A stretch of DNA of 63,683 bases, counting the filler, from Sluysia triapertura (Eukaryota): the NCBI GenBank assembly GCA_046118255.1. It is 5 parts of 5 records of this genome, joined end to end, with 100 filler letters (N's around TTAATTAATTAA, not from the genome) between each part and the next. Parts side by side here need not be neighbours in the genome. Positions count along the whole stretch, not along the records: positions 17,046 to 29,547 come from JBJNIA010103433.1; positions 29,648 to 40,653 come from JBJNIA010190263.1; 3 more parts are not named here. One strand, written 5' to 3'. The notes below the pieces were generated by a model. That model was not told the DNA's origin. It did no database searches and worked only from the letters and a program-made list of their open reading frames with translations. This document shows positions 22,278 through 33,599 of the stretch, in pieces; positions within the stretch are counted from its first letter, which is position 1; each line of letters opens with the position of its first letter. A program made the position numbers and the translations under genes.

Positions 22278-25200
22278 CACAATAATTTCATTAGTTCGTC
22301 TGGGATCCATATTCGTCTGATTATTTGCTATACTTGGAGAAGTTGGCCGTAAAGTAGGTGCAGACGGTTGAGTTACAGGACCAGAAGCTGCTGTAAATCC
22401 ACTTGTTACACTACTTAAACTAGGACTAGCAGCCCCTCCGGCTTTGTTTTCCCAATAATTCCGATTTAAATATCGTGCTAATTCAGGATCCATTTCAGTA
22501 GTATCGAGAGTAGCATACATACCACCGTTTACGCTTGATTGCGGCACTTGAGGATGCTGTTGAAAAGCTTTTGATTTTTTCATCTATAATTAAATTAAAT
22601 TTTACATTAAGATATAAATAGATTAATAAATGAACACACTTCTCTTCAAGTACAATGAGAAATTTATAAAAGGTAGAACTAGTTAATTCTCTTCATATTC
22701 TGCGCAATATATTTTAATTATGGAATTTGTGTAAATTTATTAATAAATACAATATGAAATATAATTCATATAAAAAATGGAAACTAATAAAAGGTTTTCA
22801 ATTTTCCTTTAAATTTTAAAGTCTTGAAGGATATTTAATAGTAATAAAATATAAATAATTCCCTTTTGCTATTAGAAGGAATTAAATAAAAAATTTATTC
22901 GAAATTCTGTGTATGTAATATAGTTCCAGTTTTAACTTTACTCTCATTTATTTTATTTTACATGCAAGCTATCAAATATAGATGATACTCGGTATACAAT
23001 TAGTAAAATAAAGATCACACACGAAAGTTTAATTATTTCAAACCATCTCAATGTAAAACAAAAATTTGACGAATATTTAATATTTCAAATATTTAAACAA
23101 TATCTTAATTTTACTACTAATTTATAATATTCAGTAAAAACACTAAATTTTAATCATTAAGCTAAAATGTATAAATCAAAATTACTTTTAGGATGTAAAA
23201 ACTTACATAATAAAATAAAAAGTACGGAAAGTATAGATTCAAAAATTTATAAATACTAACTCATTTCATACCATGATTTCCAAATTGGCATACACGAAAA
23301 ATACTTTTGGAATATATTCGTAACTTTATATTTTAATGGCACTAAAAACTATATATTTCAAAAATGTATTAATTTCTTGTAAATTAATCATGCCGGAGAT
23401 GAAGTGGGATAATTAATTTAGCAAAAGGTAAAGGGAACTGTAACTTGAAATAACTTGGAAGTGTAAACTTACATTTTGTGTTTCAGCTTCGCTGGCACTT
23501 AATGCCAAAGCTAATTCCAATTCTTCTTTTTCTTGTAATTCCAAATCTTTTTGACGTTTAGCTTCATCTAATTCCTATTTTATTAAAATTAATTAAAAAC
23601 TCAAAATTACTTTTGTATCCTTTAGTTTATTAAGGAATTCTGTATTTTCATTAAATTGCACTTTATGTCTAAAAAAATAATATAAAAAAATATAATTCTT
23701 AGTGTTTTGAGCTTCATATAATATTAGTATCAAAAATTGTAAAATTGTCAGAAATTAAATGTAAAAATTTATGAAGGTAATATTTATTTTAAACAACTCT
23801 AAATTAGAAATCTTAGCCGTCATCATAACATTATACGGTTTATTTATTTTTGTAAAACTAAAATTTGTCACAACATAAAATAGTGTGATCAAGAATACTC
23901 AAGTAATTCGTTCAATCTTTTTACACACTTTTAGTAATTAATTTTAAAATATTAATTTAAATGAAATTTTTAGAATATAACAAAGTTTTACTATTAATTT
24001 TGTGTATTCGTGTATTTAATCTATTAATATTATAAAGGGGTTGAGAAATAAAATTCAATTTTTTAAGACGTTACACCAGAGACGAGTAGTAACTTGACCT
24101 CCAAATTGAAGATTACGTTAACATAAAAGAGCAAGACTTTAATTAAGTGTGAAAGTAATTCATAACCAAACTTATAAAAGAATAAGATATTAGTGGGGAA
24201 AAAAGCAGAAGTAAGATCACATAAATTTATATTTATTTTACACATACGTAATCAATATTCTATGCACATTCAAATTTGATTTTTATTTAGTATAGAATAA
24301 ATTTGAAAATTGAATAGGCAGTGCACCAAAATCCATGCATAACTTTCAAGTTATTATACGTAACATCATAATTATTGTAAAATTAACTTTTTAATAACTA
24401 ATTTATTACAAAAATTTAAATCAGTTTAGTCTTTAGAATTCTTTTTTGTATAACATATGGATATATTTTAATTTTTTTAAAAATCACAGCCCGACATTAT
24501 CACTTGATATTCTACGTTTCAAAAATTTCACGTACCTTTTCTACTTACTTACCTTTATTTTTATTCAGTGTTATGAGAATTAATAGTTGATTATCTTGAT
24601 TTATTTTCGTACATAAAAATGAAAAGATTTATTAAAGCTATTTTCATATTTGTGATTAAATTTTTATTCACATAATTAAAACATTCCATTTAATAAGTTA
24701 AAATTCATATATAATAAATTTAGCTCTGTTTACTTTTATTCTAAAATTTAATAAAAATGATCTTGGTTATTATTTCCTTTAAAAATATGCTTCTATTACG
24801 TTTAGCTCTAGATGTAAAAACAATTTTACTAAATTTTTGTTTTTATTAAATTACTATAACTCATCGCAAGTATTATAAACTTTAAACTTTACGAAATGAA
24901 AAGTAATCTTTATGTTACACGAATTTATAATAAGTCTCTATAATACAAATTTAGTAATTTAGTAACGTTTCAAACCTACAACAAAAGCACTAAACATATT
25001 CATTTTATTAATAAGTATATTACTAAAGTGAATATAACATGCAACACTTCGAAGCATAAAAATGCAATATAAAGAGACTAAATGACATGAAATTTATTTT
25101 ATTTAATTTTTAAACTCAAAACTGGCCGCTAAAAATTCTTAATCGACTGTTTGATGGCAACACAAAGTTATTCTGTCAAAAAACGTACTACTACGTCAGA

Positions 25201-28188
25201 GGCTTCTGGATTTCGAAAACAAATTACTACGTAAACGGCCAGTAACGAGTTAAATATAACTATAAAAGATTTATTCCCATAAATATTATATGCGGCTAAT
25301 AAATTTTTCAATTTCATTTATAATTAATTTCTTTCTATAGTTAAAAACATAATATTTATGCATCATAAGTTATCATGCAGACAATTTCATTTATAGAGTA
25401 ATTAATTTTTTATATAATACTGGCTTGATAACATTATTATGAATTTAAACTTTTATTTAGTAACTCTGTTCGTTTACATTAGTCTACATTTGTTAGTATT
25501 TTTTATTTCAATTTTAACAAAATCGTAAATATTATAGTCCTTCCGATTCCTAATTAGGGCTGTTTCTGGTGCAGCAGATAAATTTTCTGCACCGGTTTTC
25601 GATTTAGGTGCACCTGATCTTATGAACATGATCAGCAAATAAATGACAGTATAATGTTCCTAAAAATAGTGAATTTTCATTATCCTTCTTGAAATAAAAT
25701 TTTAGAATATTTAAAATAAATTTCTACTTGGGAAATCAATGTTTAATATTGCAAAACAAGTCTCATTTTGTAATAATATTTGATCGTAGGTGTTTCATTA
25801 TATACTATATATATGTATAATATGTACATCTGGTCTACCTTTATTTTATTAAAAAGCCATCGATATTCATAACGTTATGTTGTAATTTTATTCGTTTTTA
25901 TTGTTCCCGGTGTATGGTGCAGGAAAATCCTTCAAAGTCCCAGCCATATACCTAATCTTATCTACTTGTTAATTAAGTATGGTGAGCTCAAATCCATTAG
26001 TTACACTTTGTTTTTCTTCGTTTATTTCTTGATTTCAGAATATTTTAACGTTTCTTTTAAATTGCTAAGATATTTTAATCTGCAATTTCTATAAAATTAT
26101 TCTCATTCATACAAACAAAACTCAGAAATTACTTATTCCAGACAATTAAATCATGTACAACCCTGTAATCAATCTTCGCTGTTTAATTACATTACATAAT
26201 TGTAAATTAATTTCAACTTTCAACGTTATCTTTACATTATATCCAGTAAAGTTATAACTTAATTAGCTTTATTGTATTGTTCAACGATATTCTTCCTACT
26301 GCAATTCAGTGCTTAATATTTAGCTTCAAGTAGGTCAAAGAGCAAAACAAAAGAAAATTCTAAAATCTAATAAATCAGTTAAGTTATTGTTTATGCTATG
26401 ATAAGTCAACATGTTTTCATGAACAAAGTAATAAAATTATAAAATTAACAATTCCTTTTTCCAAATAACATCTTATCAATAAAAGCAATGAAATTCTTCT
26501 GAGAAAGGTTTCATATTGAATTAAAAAATTCGAAAGTAGAAATTTTCAAAGAATATTTATAGTGTCAAGTTTGTAGTGACCGAAATAATCAATTTTAATA
26601 AAAGCATATCTTGAAATCGCTAAAGTCAAATATTTTAAAATATATAAATTGTTTTTTTTATTAAAGTCATTGTTTTGTAACATTTAAAAATAGCTTCTTA
26701 TCCAAAATCTTCGAAAACTAGTTTATAATAAATTTCAATGCATTTAATACAAACCCTTTTTTGTTTTTCTCAGAACTACAAAATATTAATTTTTTGATTA
26801 TACCAAAACATACTTTATTCCTTTTAAAGTATCATAACAACCATCACAAACTCGAACTTCTTTGTCAATGCCATATTTTAAAAGAGAACATCTTTTTTGA
26901 GTGCAATCATTACAGAATATATTTCCACAATTTCGACAATGATGCTGAAATTAAATTAAATAAAGAGAATTATTCGTATTGTCAGGTCGTAATCGTATCG
27001 TAATAAACATCTAATAACAATATGTTTCAAATGTACCTATTTTATCCTTGTTTTTATAAATGTTTTTATAATTATTATTATCGCTATTTTCATAAAATTA
27101 ATTTCAAAATCTTAATATTTAAAAAGTTTAACTGAAAGTAATTAGAAAAAATGTATTGATTAGCAAGGTATAAACTAAAATTTTAACCACTTATTTACCT
27201 AAATGACAGCATCAACACGTCTACTTAAATTTTTATAGGCACTATTGATGGAAAAATCCTATAGTAAGCCACTTGCTATAGTAAACCCATAAGAATTATT
27301 TATTTTACCTTATTTATTAATTAAGTATTCAATGAAAACAAATTTAACAATTGTGATAAAATAAATCGCATTAATGGTACAAGCATTTATAATATAAATT
27401 TTAATAAAAAATTTATAATGAAAAAATAACTTAAAAAAACATAAACTTTATTATACTCAAACTTTAATGTTAGCTTTAGTCAACTTCCCCAAAATTCCAG
27501 CCTAAAAATACTTACTTTTAAATTTTGAACACATAAAATTATAAAATCATACTTTCCGACGCAATGTTGAAAATTCTACTTTGCAGTGAAAACAGCAATC
27601 TGAATCTTGCCATTCCGGGGCACTTTCTGACATAAACATTGCATCTGACTCAACTAGAGGGGGAAAAGTTACTCCATTGCTTTTTAAATATTGGTAAGTC
27701 GATTGAACAACATTATATTTTGGTTGATTTCTAAAAGCATTTGCCCATAACTGAATTAATTCTAATGCTTTAGTTTTTATAGGTTCTTTGCCGCGAACCA
27801 AACCTTGCATCTGATTCATAAAATCGTTAGTAGCTATTTCATCGTGAATAGTTGGGCCACAATTTTTTCCCATTCCTTCAATAAGCTAAATTGGACTAAT
27901 CATACACAAAAAAACATACATTTAGAGCAAATATCACAACATGAGGATTATCATGACTCAATTTCTTCCTAACTACCTGCATAGCGTACTTACCCCTACA
28001 TATTTTATAATCAAATTTAATGACTTACGTTACTTCTCCTTGCCTAATCATATCGCATACCATCAAATTAACATTCCAGTCTGGTTCTAACAAAAGATGA
28101 CTGGTTGCTTTCTCTAAAAAAACATTAAAAATTTAAAATACATACCCACTAATTTTTCAAAGTTCGGATTTTTTCCGAAAAGGCTCAT
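22278..28188 (-). CDS. HGS: Hepatocyte growth factor-regulated tyrosine kinase substrate (Hrs/Vps27, ESCRT-0), 5' part, multi-exon
   Basis: Exons 28188-28146, 28113-28029, 27995-27920 and 27885-27553 (VHS: [18 protein letters not shown]...NPHVVIFAL...[10 protein letters not shown]), 26944-26814 (FYVE: RRK|[11 protein letters not shown]...EVRVCDGC), candidate 25618-~25519, 23574-23473 (UIM: [17 protein letters not shown]) and 22583-22278 ([13 protein letters not shown]). Splice sites are GT-AG with consistent phases. The coiled-coil/GAT exons were not found before the gap. Confidence 0.95.
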
Positions 28189-28562
28189 TTAACAATAAAT
28201 AAATAAATGTCTCAGACAATTATAGGAAATAATTAAAACGATTTAAAAATGATTAAAAAATTAAAATACATTACATGCAGCAAAATTTATTAAAGTAAAA
28301 ACAATCCAAGCAAAAATATATTTCTATTTTTAGTAGTCAAGATTAAAAGTACAATATCATAAATAGACTTAATATTATTTTATTTAACCAAACAAGATCA
28401 AATTTATTTTTTGCAAAAAATTGGTTATTGTTTAATAAAAGGATAACTAGTGATTTAAATCAATTAGTTTATATTTAAATTAATTTTTTTCCTGCATTCT
28501 AAATAATCTAAGAGCGAGTTCAAGTACAAAATAGTTTAAAGTAAATCATAGTTCGTCTATAA

Positions 28563-28634
28563 CAGTGGTGTCAAACCTTTTTGCTTTACAGGCCGCATGA
28601 TTTGCCTCCGCGGGCCGTCACTTTGACACCACTG
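28563..28634. mobile_element. 72-bp hAT-type MITE
   Basis: Perfect 13-bp TIR CAGTGGTGTCAAA/TTTGACACCACTG and perfect 8-bp TSD GTCTATAA (28555-28562 and 28635-28642). Confidence 0.92.
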
Positions 28635-29169
28635 GTCTATAATCTACTGAAAAGCTTCGTTTTAATTAAACAATTTTTTCATGTTAAATGTATTGTAAAA
28701 TCTCTAAATAGTATAAATTGCTTCATTATAATGAATAACTTATTTCTGAATAATTATCACGCATTTCAATTCATCTCATATCTACTTTTAATAATATTGT
28801 CCGATTAAGGAAACGATATTTAGATTTAATAAAAAAGCACTTCATTAATTGTATTTCACTGATACTTAATTTTTCAATTTTTATTTCTTTTATACTTCAA
28901 TGAATAGACGACTTTCTTATATATTTCTTATGTATTTATGAAATATATAAATAAATTACTTACCTTAATTTTCTATGGTAAGCAGCAGATTTGTAATATT
29001 TATTTGTTTAATTAGCTTGCTAGGACGCAGTACGAACCCGAAATGTATCATCTGAGAGACAAATACAATGTAACTGGGTAGCAAAAGCAATATGTTAGTC
29101 GTCGTAGCCCCTATGATTCTTAGAACGCAAAACAATGATTTTCATAAATATAAAATTTAACTTAATTTT

Positions 29170-29240
29170 AAAAGTCGGGACTTTTGAAAAACGTCGCAGG
29201 ACGCGGGACAAATTGTGAAAAATCGGGACTCTCCCACCAA
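29170..29240. mobile_element. Possible hAT subterminal remnant with CGGGAC repeats
   Basis: Three CGGGAC motifs within 60 bp of AT-rich DNA, resembling hAT-Blackjack-type ends. No TIR or TSD seen. Confidence 0.35.
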
Positions 29241-29547
29241 AATAACAATCAAACTCTTATCGCTAATTTAAAGCAGTATTGTTTGATTCGCCATTAATAC
29301 AATAATAGTATTGTATTTTAATTACAAATTCGTTTGTACGTACATGTGATAGTCAATTTAATTCATCAAATAAAAGCTGAATAAATAAATTATTTCGATT
29401 TGATTCTTAATATATTAGTGGGTTATATCGATTACTTTTAATACAAATGCTGGGTTCTTTTTTATCCTAAAAGCTTCTCTACAGCAAAATATAACTAATA
29501 TTTAATAGTTATGAGTCCGTTTACAGTATACGACTTATCTGTGGCGT

Positions 29548-29647
29548 NNNNNNNNNNNNNNNNNNNNNNNNNNNNNNNNNNNNNNNNNNNNTTAATTAAT
29601 TAANNNNNNNNNNNNNNNNNNNNNNNNNNNNNNNNNNNNNNNNNNNN
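29548..29647. other. Artificial contig spacer
   Basis: 44 N + TTAATTAATTAA + 44 N. Confidence 0.97.
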
Positions 29648-29784
29648 TTACTGAAAGTATCCTCAAGTGTTGGAGTATACTTTTCCACAAAAATATGTTG
29701 TAAAAATTGACGATTAATACTTGCTTTAGCATCTCGCTCACAACCTAAGATATTAATTAATTCAGTTTTACTTGTTGGATACAT
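29648..29784 (-). pseudogene. N-terminal fragment of a Ras-family GTPase (Rap/DIRAS/RASD-like) with a degenerate P-loop, cut by the gap
   Basis: NILGCERDAKASINRQFLQHIFVEKYTPTLEDTF. The effector loop FVEKY.PT.ED is Ras/Rap-like, but the GxxxxGK[ST] motif reads GCERDAKA. Confidence 0.65.
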
Positions 29785-30019
29785 TGAACAATATTCGGTA
29801 CAAATTGGAAATAATATAAACTACTCGATCAGTGGCAGTAGCAGTAGTTGTAGTTTATTATTTATTAACGTAGTAACAAATAATAATTTTTATCACCTGT
29901 GTGATTTTTATAAGTTCATTTTGCAATGTTCAAAAAAGTTAGACAAAAATTTGGTTTCTTTTTAAATTGAGAGAATAATAGTGTCTGTTTAATATGGCTG
30001 AATGTTGTTTTATTTGTCT

Positions 30020-30260
30020 AGTCAGTTGTTAATTGATTGGCAAAATTTACTTTGTAAATTTATTGTATCCAATTACTTTTTTGTTGTGCCAATTATTGCT
30101 TTTTTCTAGTCTACCCAATCAGAGTATATTTTATTATTGTCAATGCTTTTAACTCTGATTGGGTAATGTCGTCATATATTGGTTTTATAAAATTTTTGTG
30201 TGTATTCATGATTTTTAGAATAACCAATCAAAAGAATCCAAATTTAAATTTGTCATCGTA
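30020..30260. promoter_or_regulatory. CCAAT-rich module with a perfect 14-bp inverted repeat
   Basis: TACCCAATCAGAGT (30112-30125) and ACTCTGATTGGGTA (30152-30165). At least seven CCAAT/ATTGG in 240 bp. Segment 30190-30255 resembles 20895-20965. Confidence 0.5.
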
Positions 30261-30818
30261 TCTGGATAAATAATAATTTCATTAAATTGTCCATATTGAA
30301 GGCTCATATTACAGAAAATAATGTAATTTAGGATCTAATTTCAGGAAACTAATAAAAACAAACATTACTTTTGAAATTCAATCGATATTCATTAATTAGT
30401 TAATTTCATTGATTGTAAGAGTATTGAATTTCATCAATGTAATCAACAGTAACTTGTTATACCAAGTCAATGAAGAGATAAATTTTAATTGTACACCATC
30501 ATCAGTAATGATTGGTGATTAAACTAATTATTACATCATAATGTGATTCACATTGTAATGATTATTATGATAGTGAAGTAATAGTAATAATAGTGCATAA
30601 TAATAAGAATAATAATAATAATAATAAAATTGGCGAGCAGTAATAACAATAGTAATAATAATAATCATCATCATAATAATGATAAGGAATGATAATAATA
30701 AAAGAGAAATAATTTTAAAAAATTAATGCATAAAGGTCTTCATTTCTATTAAAAACATGATCTGTTCTTTATGTCTTTTCCTTTCTTACATATATGGTAT
30801 AAGCAGAAATGAGATGAA

Positions 30819-31402
30819 TGTTGTACTGTGAAGGAACGACGACTTTACAGTAAGATAACAAAGTCTTTGAAATTGTCTGACTTTTGTTTTGGATGTGTAG
30901 AAAGATTAAAATGCTGTTTAAGAAAGGAATTGAGGTTATTTTGACTCTAATTGCTGATTGCGAAATAATTTTTTACGTGCTATAATGTTTTTGCAATTGG
31001 TTATGAATGGTGAGTATGGTTGTGTGACGTGGAATTAGATTGTTGTTGTTGCTTGAAATTTTAGGTAGAATGGTATTGTTTCTAAAATGGTTATTAGTAT
31101 GATTTGAATATTCTTGTGTTTATGATTTATGAGGTTTATGTGATGGTTCTGACTTGTTTGATGAAGTGTTTGATGAATGGATGTTATGAATTATTTGGAG
31201 TGCCAGTAGTGGTTTATTGAGTTGTGAATGTTTGAGATAGGGATTATTTCGTTGGTGAATGTGAGTTGGAAAAGTGTTATGATTGTGTATTGTTGTTTTA
31301 TGCGGTGAATTGTGTGGTGATTATATCTACATAGTATGGTTGTGATAAATTTTATTTTAATGGAGTTGTTTTAATTCTTAACTTATGGAGTTGGCCACTA
31401 CA
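30819..31402 (-). mobile_element. LTR-like repeat family A copy, 584 bp, TGT...ACA
   Basis: The minus strand starts TGTAGTGGCCAAC and ends TACAACA, as expected for LTR termini. No TSD recognised. Confidence 0.6.
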
Positions 31403-32449
31403 ATTAGAATATATTCTACTGTGGTTTTCTTATCACCTAACCTACAAGAAAATAAAAATTGAGCAATGTCAGGTTAGAGTAATCGACCTATGACGTAGAG
31501 TGGGCGTTCCTGTAACTATGAATTAACAAATCTTGCCATTAAATACGTCTTTAGCTTAATATATCTTCCATTTAACTTTAAAATTTGCTGAGGTTCATTA
31601 TTAGTAAAACTTAATTTAAAATTTAAATTCTGTTTTAGTGAGGAATATCGTTATTATTATTATTATTATTAAAGTTATGAATATCATTGTTATTATCATT
31701 ATTATTGCTAGTACTATTATTAACAATATCATTTATTATGGTTATTATTGTCACAAGAGGATAAAAGAGATTTGTATTTGTCTAATTTGTGTATTCTTTT
31801 CCCGACACCATTTTAGTGAGGGCTTTAAATTTATTGAAAAGTTAACAAAACGAGTGTAAATAATTTTTAGAAAGATAACAATTAAAACTTAATCTCTTAA
31901 ACTAAATGATTTAATTAACAAACTAGGATAAGTCCTTCTAAAACTATAAAAGATTTTAATATCAATAAATTATTAAATTATTATAACAATTTAGAATTAT
32001 TATAATAATTTTTACTATTTGGATGGTACGAAAATTATTATGAGAGTGATTATTTTTGTGACAGTAATTATGATAACAATTACCATAAATTTATGGTAAT
32101 TATGTATTGTGATTGTGTTTATGTTTTGAATGAATCAAGTAACTTGTTTAGCGTTTTATTTATGTATGAAGTGTTCATTTGTGATGAAATGTGTTTGTGA
32201 TTGTGAAGTGTAAATGCGGAGTTCTCTACAATCCTTTTTAACTAAACTATCAATACCTAATGATTATTTTCACTGTTTATTACTGTATCTTGTGTTCTAA
32301 AGGGTCTGAATCGGTAACTTACGCGATTTATTGATCTCAGTCACTAGCTAATCCGACCTTTTTTAATATCAAACTTTAGTGCAGTTAAAAAACAAAATTA
32401 AATAAAAAATACAACATTCATATTCTCAAAAAGGCAATAAATTATTCGG

Positions 32450-33500
32450 TAGACTATTATAAGAAATAAATAACAGTCTCATCACCTGCTTAACCCGTGC
32501 AAAAGGGTCGGTAGAGTAATGGTAAGATTTACAATTTCCCTTAACCAACCCTAAGGAATATTGAATTTATCATACAAGGACGTTAACCAAAAGCTCTTCA
32601 TATCTTCTGCATCTTGAGCTGTAGTTAAGTTTTCTTCATTCAGATCATGGACTTCCTTATAAAAGTTCTTCACGCGTGTCCTAGGTCTAAGAATCTCGAT
32701 TGCTATTATTTTATGCCTATCATTTATGTCAAGAACATGATTGAAGGATTAACCGTGTTTCATCAAAGATGGGTAATAAAGGTATGTAGTAAGGCATTCC
32801 TGCCACATAACGAAGTGTTGGACATCTGTGTCGCATAGTGCGATCAAGCAAGTTCTTGACTGTAGAATAGGAATACGGATTGATCCATATAATAATAATA
32901 ATAAAAAGAATACTCTAAAGCAATTAAATATTTTAAAAATGATTTTATGTCTAGTGTAAAACTAAACTTGTTGTTTGAGATTTTAAGTCGTACTTTTGTA
33001 TCTCCTAATAGAGTTGGAACTTAACATAAAAAGCTTATTGATAATTCTAAAATTTCAGCCATCCGTCGAATAAAATTTTTTGTTTGAATAAGCTGTATCC
33101 AGATTTAATCAGGATGCAACCAAATTACACCGAACGTAGTTCAATTAATTACCAAATGGGTTGATTTCCACCAAATAATTTGGCTTAACTTCAAATAAAA
33201 AACCAATTGAAGGATATTCTTACGTTTCGAATCTTTGACAAAATGGTCTAGCCTCGGGGATGAATATTGATAAGTGGATAAGGTCCAAAATTATAGGACT
33301 ATGATCTAAGGAAAATACTGATAGATCATTGATTGTTATAGAAGTAAGACTAAAGAACAATAAAAATAAGTGAGTTACTAGATTTTCATCTACATCAGAT
33401 TTAATAGAATTGGGGGTGCATCTTAAGTGCAAAAAGAGAGAATCCATATTAATTCGACAGAGATTGTCAATACCGTTGTAAAAAGACTTGATTTATATGA
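32450..33500 (-). mobile_element. Decayed, internally deleted LINE (Jockey/I-like)
   Basis: INDLSVFSLDHSPIILDL (~33275-33335) resembles the SDH-x-P end of an APE endonuclease. LRYVAGMPYYIP...IFDET (~32755-32815) resembles the LR..GAPWY motif downstream of RT. Confidence 0.45.
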
Positions 33501-33599
33501 TGATCTTTCCTGGAATATTAATAAAAAATTATTAAAATTTTTAGAAATATAAATATATTAACAAAAAAATGTATTTTGGTAAGTTATATATTATTATTA

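Noticed and set aside
24483-24505. ATCACAGCCC resembling a miR-2 family seed
   Set aside because: The 3' part does not match miR-2 as I recall it, and no complementary arm is visible.
25895-25951. GC-richer segment as an extra Hrs exon
   Set aside because: The frame required by the upstream exon hits TAA before any donor, and the segment abuts a dispersed repeat.
29018-29082. tRNA gene on the minus strand (B-box-like GGTTCGTA)
   Set aside because: No convincing cloverleaf or A box; at most a decayed SINE head.
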